A stretch of 64,000 bases of DNA from Octopus vulgaris. Lineage: Eukaryota. Position 1 is the first letter of the stretch. Each line of letters opens with the position of its first letter. The DNA lies in the NCBI GenBank assembly GCA_951406725.2, contig OX597842.1, positions 31,124,001 through 31,188,000 on the forward strand, given 5' to 3'. The position numbers were made by a program, and so were the translations under genes. The notes under the pieces were generated by a model. That model was given only the letters and a program-made list of their open reading frames with translations. It did no database searches and was not told the DNA's origin. Positions 12,460 through 26,679 of the stretch are shown here, in pieces.

Positions 12460-13315
12460 AAAATTATAATAATCCTTTCTGTTATAAGTACAATCTGTGA
12501 GATGGTTTTGAGGAGGGGGGGGCTAGTCGATTACAATTGACCCCCAGTACTCAATTGGTACCCATTTTTTTTATCAATTCTGAAAGGACGAAAGACTAAG
12601 AGAAAGGAAATGCCGCTAAACCTGTTGTCTACTAATTCTGCCTGCTTACCATCTGATGATGATGATGATGATGAAGATAATCTTTGTTACTAACGGCACA
12701 AGGCCTGGAATATGGTGGGCAGCGGGACAAGTTGGTCATATAGACCCCAGTGTTTCACTGGTACTTAATTTATTGATCCCTGAAAGGATGAAGGGCAAAT
12801 TCGACCTCAACGGAATTTGAACTCGGAATGGAGCGACGGAAGAAGTAACATCAAGCACTTTGTCCAGTGTGCTAACGATTCTGCCAGCTCACCTCCTTAA
12901 TAATAATAATAATGATGATGATGGTTTCAAATTTTGCCAGAAGGGCAGCAGTTTTGAGGGAAGTAGTTAATTTATCGACCCCCAAAAGGATGAAAAGCAA
13001 AGTTGAGCCAATTGGGATTTGAACCCAGAACATAGTGACTGGCAAAATACTGCTAAGCGTTTCATTCAGCCTGCTAAATAATTCTATCAGTTCACCGCCT
13101 TCTTAATAATAATAATAATAATAATCTTTTTCTACTAAAGGCACAAGGCTTGAAATTTGTAGGGAGGGCATGAGTCAATTACATTGACCCCAGTGTATCA
13201 CTGGTACTGAAAGGCAAAGTCAAACCTCAGCAGAGTTTGTAGTTGAAATGTAAAGATGGACGAAATACCGGGAAGCATTTTTCCTGGCATGTTAAGAATT
13301 CTACCAACTCACGGC
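12460..13315 (-). mobile_element. Cluster of about 4 head-to-tail older SINE B-related copies with an alternative tail, separated by (AAT)n/(GAT)n
   Basis: Recurrent ggcacaaggcctgaaat...gaccccagt...aaaggatgaaaggcaaa...ctgccagctcacc blocks. Confidence 0.65.
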
Positions 13316-14011
13316 CTTCTCCAAGTCCACCACGTGGTAGAATAATAGTAATGGACTCTTCCCATCGAACACCTCTTGTGAGCATTCAGCTGTTTTGCTG
13401 AATGACGTGCACGGATGATTTGTTTCATAGTGATCAAATGTCCTTTGCCACACATTAAGTTCTCGTGCCCTCCATCAATGTGCCACGCGTCGGGGGTCAA
13501 AGTGATTGCAGAGCAAAAAGTTTTGCCCCGGAAAACAACACACCACCCAGTCTAGGAATTGAAACCACAACCTCATAATCGTGAGTGCAACATCCTAACC
13601 ACTAAGCCATGTCTGTGGAGCACTCGGCTACTTACCAGCACTTTAGGCTGGCTGTTCCGTCGACCAGAGCAACTGCAACTCTCGTCATCGTAACCGGTGG
13701 AGTTCCGGCTTGTCGTATATTCGCACCATTGACCCAGGTTGTTTGTGATTTGGTCTCGTTTTATTGTCTGTCCCCTTCACTGCCCTTTGCATTTGCTCAC
13801 TCAAACCCCTGCAGTCCTTTTTGCTGCTGTTGACACCCCCAAAATAATCTCATCAGTAAAGGTGCAAAATTAAGATTTTTCAATGATAACCGATGAAGGA
13901 TGAGCATGTCCACAATGGGGTGTAGGGATTTTCCTGGGGTTTCTTTTGGTTGTGTGAGGGATTTTACTGGGTCCCTTTGTTGTACTTCTGTGCAAAATTT
14001 TAATCACATCA

Positions 14012-14053
<42 letters not shown>

Positions 14054-14159
14054 CAAGACAAGGTATAAATAACGGCCATTACCTATTTCTCTATACTGTA
14101 GTAAACCTGACTTGCAGCTGTTTCCAGTAGCGATTATAGGTTCATTATTGGCAGGTTTA

Positions 14160-14388
14160 CAGGCAAGCTGGCAGAAACGTTAGCATGCCGGGCAAAATGC
14201 ATAGCCGTATTTCGTCTGCCGTTACGTTCTGGGTTCAAATTCTGCTGAGGTTGACTTTGCCTTTCATCCTTTCGGGGTCAATAAATTAAGTACCAGTTAC
14301 GCACTGGGGTCGATGTAATCGACTTAATCCCTTTGTCTGTCCTTGTTTGTCCCCTCTTTGTTTAGCCCCTTGTGGGTAGTAAAGAAAC
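14160..14388 (+). mobile_element. SINE B
   Basis: Consensus match. Confidence 0.8.
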
Positions 14389-14634
14389 ATATTGGCTGGT
14401 TTACTCTGTCGGCTCATTGACCAGTTGGGAAATGTTGAATGACCTAAAATGCTACTTCCATCAGAACCATGATGAACAATAACCTTGGACCCTGCCACAA
14501 GAATACACAAAGTTCTTTATCAATCTAAACCATGGTGTTTGCCTGGTGTACAAACAGACAGCATGGATTGATAATCTCTCACTAATAACACTCTCTCTCT
14601 CTCTCTCTACATGTATACACATAGACCAGCGGGA

Positions 14635-15353
<719 letters not shown>

Positions 15354-15549
15354 TAGAAGAAATGAGGTAATCAGAAAATCGGATGGCTTATATTTACAGA
15401 TATTTATTTATATATTACATTTTTTATATATATATCATGTCATTTAGATCATTAGCGCTTTCTCCCATTCTAGTGGGGTTTTCAAATCAAACTCTATATA
15501 TATATATATAAAGGTAAGTAGAGTTCGCGGTTGGAGTAACCGTCTAAGG

Positions 15550-15728
15550 CAGTGCTTTTCAAACTTTTTGGTGGAGCGGAACCCCAAGGAAACATTCCAC
15601 TGGCTCGAGGAACCCCTGTGCAATAATTTAATAGTCTTATGCACACATATCTGCACAGGAGACTTAAAAATTACTGCCGATTTTAGCAGTTTTGTAATTT
15701 CTTGCGGAACCCTGGTTGAAAACCACTG
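15550..15728. mobile_element. hAT (Charlie-like) MITE
   Basis: TIRs CAGTGCTTTTCAA / TTGAAAACCACTG; perfect 8 bp TSD GTCTAAGG. Confidence 0.9.
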
Positions 15729-16366
15729 GTCTAAGGTATAAGAATATCCGTTCTTACTGCCAGTATCATTTGCTTGTGTTAACCCTGGGCAGGCACGCTA
15801 TGCTCACAGGGTACAGGTAACAACAGAATCAACAAGAGTCTATCAGGAATCAAATGGAGAAAATTTTTGATCAACAAACAAAAATGACCAACATCGGTGG
15901 ATTACTTCATTTTTTTTTTTTTAAATACAAAACACTTCAAAGTTTTTTATCAAAAAATAATTAACCGATGTTGGTCCATTTGTTTGTTGATCAAGTTTTC
16001 TCCGTTTCCTGCTTATTTTAAATTTTGTATGTATGTATGTATGTATATCTATCTATATACACACACACACACACGCACACACATAGAGGTCGTCGTTGAC
16101 TTACAACCACAATTGGTTCCGATTGACCGGTCTCGTAAGTTGACCTATAAGCCTACATAGCTTTCTCAGATAAAAGTCACACACAGCATTTTGTATTATC
16201 CTATTATACCGGCGTTAGTCAAAAATTTCTGAATCTCAAGCATTTGTCTTATAAACAGACACAAGATTGCTTAAATGAGAACAGCTTTTTTGTGGTTTCG
16301 GACTTAACTACCATTTCTAGCATGATGGAAAACCACTTTGTGGCTTTCCCTCACTGTATGACTCTT

Positions 16367-16399
<33 letters not shown>

Positions 16400-16514
16400 A
16401 TGTAACAATATTTGCAGTCTACGGACATTTTTACTCACGCTGGCCACTGTAAAAAATTCATGTTTAATTTTTACCCTATATTTAAAATTATATATATTTA
16501 TATATATATATATA

Positions 16515-16920
16515 GGTGCAGGAGTGGCTGTGTGGTAAGTAGCTTGCTAACCAACCACATGGTTCCGGGTTCAGTCCCACTGCGTGGCATCTTGGGCAAG
16601 TGTCTTCTACTATAACTTCGGGCTGACCAAAGCCTTGTGAGTGGATTTGGTAGAAGGAAACTGAAAGAAGCCTGTCGTATATATATATATATATATATGT
16701 GTGTCTGTATTTGTCCCCCCAACATCGCTTGACAACCGATGCTGGTGTGTTTACGTCACCGTCACTTAGCGGTTCAGCAAAAGAGACCGATAGAATAAGT
16801 ACTGGGCTTACAAAAGAATAAGTCCCGGGGTCGATTTGTTCGACTACAGGCGGTGCTCCAGCATGGCTGCAGTCAAATGACTGAAACGAGTAAAAGAGTA
16901 AAAAAAAAATAGTAAAAGAG
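16515..16920 (+). mobile_element. SINE A, full length
   Basis: ggtgcaggagtggctgtgtggtaag (A box), gggttcagtccc (B box), gtaaaagag tail. Confidence 0.88.
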
Positions 16921-17058
16921 ATATATATATACACACACGCAATGCATTGCCGAATCCAGGAATTGAACCTATGATTGCTAGATATGAATGTACCATTCTA
17001 ACCACTATACCAAACACCTTCACATATATACACATTCATATAGAATTTGCATGTATAG

Positions 17059-17092
<34 letters not shown>

Positions 17093-17324
17093 CTGATATA
17101 TATTCTTTAATTTGTTTTTACGTCATTTGACGGCGGCCATACTGGAGCGCCACCTTGAAGGGTTTTTTTAGTGGAACACATCGAACCCTGCCTTCTCGCC
17201 GGACTTGTTCTGTTGGTCTCTTTTGCTGAACTGCTAAGTTACAGCACTGTAGACAAGCCAACAATGTCAAGCAGTGGTGGGGAAACAAACACCAACACAA
17301 AGACGCAAATATATACATAAAGAT

Positions 17325-17803
17325 GGGATGAGGTGGTGAAGTATGGCCTTCGAATGACAAGGAACCGAGACCCTTTGGGGATCTGCTCTGCTTGAGAAGA
17401 TCTGGCAAGCTAAGCGAGATCGTAGCCATAGGTGATGCCAGTGTTGCGTTACCAGCCCCTATAAAAGAGCCCTTCAGTCATTGGGCAGTATGCTGTGCTT
17501 GAGAAGACCTATTGAGTCAAGTGAAATCGTAGTTGTGGCCCATGCCAGTGCCGCCTTACTAGCTCCTGTGCCTGTGGCACGTAAAAAGCACCATTTGAGT
17601 ATGGCTATTGGCAGTGCCACCTGACTGGCCTCCGTGCCGGTGGAACATATAGAGCAACCACTACACTCTCGAAGTGGTTGGTGTTAGGAAGAGCATTCTG
17701 CTGTAAGAAACCTGACCGGATCAGATTGGAGCCTGGTGCAGCTTCCTGGCTGTCCTCGGTCAAACTATGCGATCCATGCCAGCATGGAAAGCATGTTGAT
17801 GAT
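17325..17803 (+). mobile_element. RTE-type LINE 3' end (family D: degenerate ORF end, 3' UTR, (GAT)n tail)
   Basis: EVVK...MTRNRD.W-like ORF end followed by the repeated ...catgccagcatggaaa...gatgat tail. Confidence 0.6.
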
Positions 17804-17961
17804 ATACAATGGGCTTCTTTCAGTTTCTGTCTACCAAATCCACTCACAAGGCTTTGGTCGGCCCGAGGCTATAGCAGAAGACACTTGCCCAAGGTGCCAC
17901 GCAGTGGGACTGAACCCAGAACCATGTGGTTGGTAAACAACCTTCTTACCACACAACCATG

Positions 17962-18013
<52 letters not shown>

Positions 18014-18484
18014 TATATATGCTAGCATGTATGTGAACTTTTTGCCTCCTCATTCACTGTATTTAAACAAAAGTCATCTCATCCAAACAAGTTTGTAGAC
18101 ACTTAGTCTTCCACACACACACACACACACACGCAAGATGCTTTCTACTGATATGCACGTGTGTGTATGTATATACATCTATATACACACTCACACACAC
18201 ACACACACACACGCATATACACATATATTTGACCATTAAGTTGGTGTGGGCTCACGTACCATAGAAACATATATATAGAGTGTGCATACATGTATATATA
18301 TATGTGAGTGTGTATGTATGTATATATATATATATATGTGTGTATATTTATATATCTATATCTACACACTTCTACGATTTTATTATAAACAATATCGGAT
18401 CAATACTTTTGATCTCAAAATGTATTTAGAAAGCTATAATGTTTATTGTTCATGTGTGTATGTGTGTGTGTGTGTGTCTCTCTC

Positions 18485-18527
<43 letters not shown>

Positions 18528-18668
18528 GTGTATATGTCTATATATGTGTGTGTGTGTGTAAATGATTGTATGTATATATATGTGTTCAAATATCTTTGTA
18601 CTATGCCCATATATATATATGTATGTATGTATAATGTTCATATAAGTATTTATATATTCATATTTGTG

Positions 18669-18705
<37 letters not shown>

Positions 18706-18775
18706 TTTTCAAATATAATCTTTGTTTGCACATATATGTGCTCCAGTGCGTGTGCATGTTTGTATGAGTATACAA

Positions 18776-18830
<55 letters not shown>

Positions 18831-19069
18831 AATGTTTATATGGGTTTGTATCTTTGGATGTATATATTTGTGTGTGTGTATATATATGTTTATTTATACA
18901 AAGAAATGGAATACGACTCGCATCGTTGTTTATTATGTATTTACATTTACAGCCATGAAACGCTATCAACTTTTAGGCCCTGAAGTCATTGATATAGTTT
19001 TACGGCCATTAAATATACATACATTTATATGTGTGGATATGTGTGTGTATATATCTATATTGGTATGTA

Positions 19070-19449
19070 GGTGCAGGCGTGACTGGGGGGTAAAAAAGCT
19101 TGCTTCCCAACCACTTGGTTCTGGGTTCAGTCCCCCTGTGTGGCATCTTGGGCAAGTGTCTTCTACTGTAGCCTCAGGCCGACCAAAGCCTTGTGAGTGG
19201 ATTTGGTAGACGGAAACTGAAAGAAGACCATTGTATATATGTAATGTTGGTGTATCTGTGGTTGTCCCCTTCACCATTCCTTGACAACCGATGTTGGTGT
19301 GTTTACGTCCCCATAACTTAGTGATTTGGCAAAAGAGATCGATGGAATGAGTACTAGGTTTACAAAGAATAAGTGCTGGGCTCAGTTTGTTCGACTAAAG
19401 GTGGTGCTCCAGCATGGCCGCAGTCAAGATAACTGAAACAAGTAAAAGA
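19070..19449 (+). mobile_element. SINE A, diverged
   Basis: Colinear with the family consensus. Confidence 0.8.
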
Positions 19450-19487
19450 AAAGAATATATGAATGTCTGTGTGTGGAAGAAACAAGA

Positions 19488-19605
19488 ATTTTTATTGATC
19501 CCTACAACTGTTTCGCCCCATCTCGCATTGATCCCTGACGAGTGCAATTCTCAGCAACTGATTCAGGAGCATCCAACAGTGTAGATGTGTCTCTTCAGGT
19601 GATAA
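19488..19605 (-). ncRNA. Degenerate type-I hammerhead-like motif (Penelope pLTR style)
   Basis: atcac-CTGAAGA-long imperfect stem II-GAAA-cagttg-TA-gggat, then AATAAA. Confidence 0.35.
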
Positions 19606-19934
19606 TTAGAGATGGCTCGTTAAAGTAACGGTTCCGCAGTGTATCTTCTCATTTCATGTAAAGAAAAGCAGAAAATTAAAGGATATATACACACACACGC
19701 GCGATGATGATGTATATAAACACACATATATACATATATATAAACATACACACACACACACATATATATTAGAAACAGAAAGTCCTTGGTACAGTATAAT
19801 GCACTTGAAATATAGATCTATTGGTGTGTGTATGTATGTGTCAGGGTTTGTCCACCGCCAATGGTTGGCAACCGGTGTTGTTTTGTTTTTGTCCATATAA
19901 TGTGCAGTTGCGTCCAACAGACTAAATTAGTAGT

Positions 19935-20150
19935 GTGGCCGAATCCAGTGCTGCCTGACTGGCCTTGGTGCTGGTGGCATATAAAAACCACCCACTTAAC
20001 ACTCGGAGTGGTTGGATTTGGAAGGGCATCAGGCTGTAGAAACTCTGCCAGATCAGATAGGAGCCTGGTGGTGCTGCTGGCTCTCCAGGCTTCAGTCAAA
20101 CCGTCCAACCCATGCCAGCATGGAAAACGGAAGTTAAACGATGATGATGA
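19935..20150 (+). mobile_element. Family D LINE 3' UTR (another copy at 20515-20673)
   Basis: Consensus match with (GAT)n tail. Confidence 0.7.
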
Positions 20151-21439
20151 TATGTATATATATATAGAGAGAGAGAGAGAGACAGAGAGATATGTATGCT
20201 TCTATGAATATATATAAAGTTAAATACTGACACAGATGCATACACACACACACACACACGCACACACATACATCAAGGTGTAGGAAGTAAGGAAGCTTCA
20301 AGCAATCCATAGAAATAGAAAAAAAATTAACTTTCAGGAACAAGAGTGGTTTACTGAGGCGGCAGGTTGTGGATTTTTCCTGTATCGGAGTACAATTATT
20401 TTATATTTCCTGGTTGGCATCGAGGGTTGCCAGGTGTGCGAATAAAAATACCTCGGAAGGGGTTCCGCTCGATATGAAACCTTTGGAGCCTGGGTTTCGA
20501 CTCCATTCCTTAACTCGGAGGGGCTGGCAGTAGGAAGGGCATCCTGCTGTAGAAACCTTGCCAAATCAGATTGAACCTGGTGCAGCCTCCTGGTGCAGCC
20601 TCCTGGGTTGCCAGTCCTCAATCAAACCGTCCAACCCATGCCAGCATGGAAAACGGACGTTAAACAATGATGATACATATATATATATATATATACAAAT
20701 TGAGATAGGGGTTGTGGTATATATATATATATATATATTTGTGCATAGATTAGGTTTGTTTATATACAATTTTATACACACACGTGTATTTCAACACGTC
20801 CTGTTCAACTCCTACAGGATATTAAATAATGTGTCTATAATATATATATATATATACACACATATATATACATACAGTCACACCAGTGTTTATGTAGCTG
20901 TTAAGCTAAGCAGCAGTGTTAAATTCAAAGTGAAGCAGTGTGTATGTTTATATGTGTGCATATATAAATGTATGTATATGCGCATGTGTGTATACGTGTA
21001 GTTGTTTGTGAGTCTGACCTTGTAACTGTATATATAATTATCTGTGTGTGTGTGTATATTTTTGCCTGTGTATATAATTATGTGTTTCTGTGTTTATATC
21101 TTTACACATGGGTGTATAATTATTGCAACAGCATGTGTGTATAATTACGTCTGGGTATATAATTGTGTATATACATGCGTGCATCAGCGTTTATGTATGT
21201 TTACTTGTATATAATTACATCCTCTATATGCGTAGATAATTACATTTGTGTATATAATTACGTGTGTATATATTTGCATCCATCTTTACGCGTCTATACA
21301 TAATTTTATGGTTGTGTGTGTTTTTATATATGCGTATATATGTACGTGGGTGTATATATTTATGTATATATAGTGTGTGTATATATTTGTATGCATATAC
21401 GTCTGTCTGTAGAGCTGCATACAAATGTTTATCTGTAAA

Positions 21440-21487
<48 letters not shown>

Positions 21488-21757
21488 CATACACACACAC
21501 ATACTAAACTTTGTCAGTATATGAAAACATGCCTTCTTGCAGCTCTGAGGGTTTTTAGTTCTTATTTCTAGCAATGTAGGTGCTACTCGAATGGTCTCGT
21601 CCATTGTTGCTTGTGCTGCTAGGCAGGTGTTCTTAGGGTATGTACATGTCTGCGGTGTACTCAGCCAGCTATATGGTTAGTCATGAAGGAAGTAGATCAA
21701 TTGATAGAATGACTCGTCAGAACTGATGGAATTCCATTTATTTGATATACACACCCA

Positions 21758-21815
<58 letters not shown>

Positions 21816-21834
21816 CACACGCACATATATATGT

Positions 21835-22243
21835 AAGGTGGCGAGCTGGCAGAACTAATAGCACGCCGGGCGAAATGCTTGGCGGTATTTCGTCTGCGTT
21901 ACGTTGTGAGTTGTGGGTTCAAATTCCGCCGAGGCTGACTTTGCCTTTCATCCTTTCGGGGTCAATAAATTAAGTACCAGTTACGCACTGGGGTCGATGT
22001 AATCGACTTAATACCTATGTCTGTCCTTGTCTGTCCCCTCTGTGTTTAGCCCCTTGTGGGTAGTAAAGAAATAGGTATTTCGTTGAGTTCAAATTCCACC
22101 GAGGTAGACTTTGCCTTTCACCCTTTCGAGGGTCGATTAAATAAGTACCAGTTACGCACTGAGGTCGATGTAATTGACTTAATCCCTTTGTCTGTCTTTG
22201 TTTGTCCCCTCTATAATTAGCCCCTTCTGGGCAGTAAAGAAAT
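21835..22243 (+). mobile_element. SINE B, dimeric
   Basis: Second unit starts after the aaagaaatag|gtatttcg junction. Confidence 0.8.
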
Positions 22244-22887
22244 ACATATGATAGATAATGGGTGTGTGTTATATATATGTGTAGATGTTGTCTTTGGTAT
22301 AGATGAAGGTTGGATGGTCATGGTTGGAACATCTCTCAGATCAAGGCTGACCTGGACCTTATCCTGTGTGTCGAACCCTATCTTCAGTATCCAACCTCCT
22401 CTCAATCAGTTTCTGTCCCCACTCAGCATTTCAGCCTCCACTCCTCCAAGTTGAGTTGCTGCTACTCCCTATTCCACTTTCACTCAGCAAGGTGCTACTT
22501 GGCCATGTAACATCTCTCCCTTTCCTTTCTTGCCCATCACTAAGTAATCCCTGCAAGGTTCTCTTTCTCTCTCCAAGACCCTGCTCCATTCCTCACCTCC
22601 ATTCTTGACCCCTCTATCACTCCCCCACCCATACTCTCAGTCATTGTTTCACAATCTCTTTTCCTACATTTTGGGGCAGGACCCCTTATCGAAAAACTCA
22701 ATAATTCACCCATTCCCCCCAGTTTTGCTTCCGTGCCATGCCTCAAAAACTCTCCCTTTCTTCCTTCTAAATTCCCTGCCTGCCCCCATTTTCTACCTTC
22801 TCCCTTTTGCACCATCAGGTTCATAAACGGGGCTTACTGGCACCTATGATGATGTGCTTTGTCTTGAAGGATCCGTGGGAAAATAAA

Positions 22888-23262
22888 GGCGCAGGAGTGG
22901 TTGTGTGGTAAGTAGCTTGCTAACCAACCACATGGTTCCGGGTTCAGTCCCACTGCGTGGCACCTTGGGCAAGTGTCTTCTACTATAGCCCCGGGCCGAC
23001 CAAAGCCTTGTGAGGGGATTTGGTAGACGGAAACTGAAAGAAGCCTGTCGTATATATATATATGTGTGTCTGTGTTTGTCCCCCTAGCATTGCTTGACAA
23101 CCGATGCTGGTGTGTTTACGTCCCCGTCACTTAGCGGTTCGGCAAAAAGAGACCGATAGAATAAGTACTGGGCTTACAAAGAATAAGTCCCGGGGTCGAT
23201 ATGCTCGACTAAAGGCGGTGCTCCAGCATGGCCGCAGTCAAATGACTGAAACGAGTAAGAGA
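22888..23262 (+). mobile_element. SINE A, full length
   Basis: Near-consensus copy. Confidence 0.88.
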
Positions 23263-24515
23263 GATGATGGACCCTGTTCCCTCCTTTCACCTTTCTTGTG
23301 ATATTTCTTTGTCAGTGAGATAAAGGTGAGTGTCCCACAGCTGTCTTCTTTCTCAGAAGGGCCAAAGGAAACACCTCACAGTTTCGTGTTTAACCAGCAT
23401 GGCCACAGCTTTGAGCTGAAACTGATGTTTTTTTTTAAATGTGCATGTGTGGTAAGAAGCTTGCTTCCCAACCACATGGTCCTGGGTTCAGTCCCACTGT
23501 GTGGCACCTTGGGCAAGTGTCTTGCTTTACTATGGCTTCAGGCTGACCAAAGCCTAGTGAGTGGATTTGGTAGATGGAAACTGAAAGAAGCCCATCATTT
23601 GTGTGTCCTTGTCTGTGTTTATGTCCCTGTAACCTAGCACTTCAGCAAAAGTGACCAATTAAAATTTTAAAAAACTGGTATTGATTCGTTTGATTAAAAA
23701 TTCTTTAGGATTGTGCTGTAGCTTGGCCAACGTCTAATGACTGAAACAAGTGAAAGATAAACGCTGGAGATATTTTGCCAATCCAATACGCTGGGCTTTG
23801 GGTACTTTATTGATCCCAGGAGGACGTAATGCAAAACTGACCTCTGCCCTGTTGCGCTGATGCCCAACCTTATTTTGCACCAAAAACCAGTTCCATTCAA
23901 GACAATTCTTTCGTGCACCGTGGAGATCTCTTGCTTAACAAAAACCCACAAAGTGCATAATATACATCGATTTCTAATAATGTACATCACAAACAATTGG
24001 CCATTAAAACCAAATTGTTTGGCAGAAAAAGCTGACCGCCCATACGTTGCTTCCAAAGGGAGAGTCCATTGTGGATCCTAAGCTGAAAGTCCTGCTTGTG
24101 GTTGCCAAACAATGGCAAAGGTGGTCTTCAGTGCATCTCACCAGGTTTTTACCAAAAATAATCTAAGCACATTATAAAATTATTTACTCTTTTACTTGTT
24201 TCAGTCATTTGACTGTGGCCATGCTGGAGCACCGCTTTTAGTCGAACAAATCGACCCCAGAACTTCTTTTTTGTAAGCCTAGTACCTATTCTACCTATTC
24301 TATCGGTTTCTTTTGCTGAACCGCTAAGTTATGAGGATGGAAACATACCAACATATATATATATATATATATATCTGTATATAATATCGTTGAGTTCTAC
24401 GTCTAGTTGTGGTGTCCTGTACTCACGTATATATATTTATATATGCATGTATATATACATGTAGATGTAGGTACGTACATATATGTTTGTATGTATGCAT
24501 ATATTTTCTTTATTA

Positions 24516-24561
<46 letters not shown>

Positions 24562-24713
24562 GCATACACACATATATATATGACGGGCTTCTTTCAGTTT
24601 CTGCCTACCTTTTCCCTGCTTGTTTAGACAACCAACTCTTGTGTGGACAGGTGGATAATGGCAGAGGGAGGGCTTGAGGCACGAAGGAATATATAAACAC
24701 ACATATATATACC

Positions 24714-25062
24714 CAGGAGTGGCTGTGTGGTAAGAAGCTTGCTTCCCGACTACATGGTTCCGGGTTCAGTCCCACTACATGACACCTTGGGGAAGTGTCT
24801 TCTACTACAGCCTTAAGCCGACCAAAGCCTTGTGAGTGGATCTGGCAGGCGGAAACTGAAAGAAGCCTGTTGTGTGTCTGTGTCTGTCCCCTCCCCCCCC
24901 ACCATCGCTTGACAATTGATGTTAGTGTGTTCATGTCCCTGTAACTTAGTGGTTTGGCAAAGGAGATGGACAGAATGAGAATTAGCCCTGGGGTCGGTTT
25001 GTTTGACTAAAGGCTCCAGCATGGCCACAGTTAAATGCTCGAAGCCAGTAAAAGAATAAAAG
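24714..25062 (+). mobile_element. SINE A, diverged
   Basis: Colinear with the family consensus. Confidence 0.75.
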
Positions 25063-25067
25063 ATACA

Positions 25068-25285
25068 TGTGTGTGTGTGTGTGTGCATATATAGGTGTGT
25101 GTGTGTGTGTGTGTGTGCATATATAGGTGTGTGTGTGCATATATAGGTGTGTGTGTGTGTGTGTGTGTGTGTGCATATATAGGTGTGTGTGTGTGTGTGT
25201 GTGTGCATATATAGGTGTGTGTGTGTGTGTACATATATAGGTGTGTGTGTGTGTGTGTGTGTGCATATATAGGTGTGTGTGTGTA
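25068..25285. repeat. Compound microsatellite, (gcatatatag(GT)n) x7
   Basis: Directly visible. Confidence 0.9.
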
Positions 25286-26020
25286 TATTAAGATAGAGCA
25301 ATCAAGGTAATTAATCCAAGGAAAGAACATGAGAGAGAACAGGTGTTTCTACAGATAACCATTATCTCTCTCTCTGTCTGTCTCTCTCTCTCTCCCCTGG
25401 TAGGTTCTAGGTTCGTAGGTGTGTGTGTGTGTAGCTAAGCATACAGGATGGGGTTCTCACTCCAGATGATAATGAAGTGTGTATACACACCACCGCCCAA
25501 ATGTAAACAGTTGGTATATAGGTTTGTGTGTAATTATGTATAGTGTTGAGGTAGTAAAAAAAAGGAAGGGGGCAAAAAAAGGAAGGGGGGGCAAGCCAGA
25601 CAAGCTGTGAATCAACTCTCTCTCTCTGTGAACTAACCTGATTTAGGGACCAGTTTCTGGGTCAAACCCCACATTGCTACACTCCTTACTTGTTGAAAAG
25701 GGGGCCACAACTTCACTTGTTTACTCAGCACACATACACACACACACACACACACTCACTCCCTACTTTCATTGTTATATACATCAGTATATGTGTATAT
25801 GTATGTATATACTCACACACACACATGACCTACCTTCACTGTTAAATATGCGTATGTATATACATATACATACATACATATATATGTATATATATATACA
25901 TGTTTCTTTATTACCCACAAGGGGCTAAACATAGAGGGGACAAACAAGGACAGACAAACGAATTAAGTCGATTACATCGACCCCAGTGCGTAACTGGTAC
26001 TTAATTTATCGACCCCGATA

Positions 26021-26618
26021 TAGGAGTGGCTGTGTGGTAAGTAGCTTGCTTCCCAACTACATGGTTCTGGGTTCAGTCCCACTGCGTGGCACTTTGGAAA
26101 AGTGTCTTCTACTATAGCCTTAAGCCAACCAAGGCCGTGTTAGTGGATTTGGTAGATGGAAACTGAAAGAAGCCCATCATATATATGTATATATATATGT
26201 GTGTGTTTGCGTGTCTCTGTTTGTCTCCCCAACATCATTTGACAACCGGTGTTGGTGTGTTTTCATCCCAAATTTTAAGGTAGCGGTTTGGCAAAACAGA
26301 CTGATAGAATAAAACCTGGGGTTGATTTCTTAGGACTAAAAAGTGGTGCTCCAGCATGGCCACAGTCAAAATGACTGGAACAAATAAAAGAGTGTATATA
26401 TACATATGTATTTGTGTGTGTGTGTGTGTGTGTGTGTGTACCTGTGTTTGACAACCAATCTTGGTGTGACTACGTCCCCCGTAACTTAGCGGTTTGGTAA
26501 AAGAGACTGATAGAATAAGCTGCGGGTTTACAAAGTGTCCAGGGGTTGATTTCTTAGGACTAAAAGGTGGTGCTCCAGCATGGCCATACGCAAATTGACT
26601 GGAACAAGTAAAAGAATT
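26021..26618 (+). mobile_element. SINE A plus a second tail half
   Basis: Copy at 26021-26393 and tail half at 26445-26618. Confidence 0.75.
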
Positions 26619-26630
26619 AAAGAATATAAA

Positions 26631-26679
<49 letters not shown>

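Noticed and set aside
16085-16150. Tigger/pogo-like terminal sequence
   Set aside because: No matching second end or TSD found.
22834-23301. Recurrent peptides such as [28 protein letters not shown] and [18 protein letters not shown]
   Set aside because: Translations of SINE A, not a protein family.
23850-24180. Possible Tc1 transposase relic (IQDNSFVHR)
   Set aside because: Only one short motif, many stops, no TIRs; cannot support without a search.
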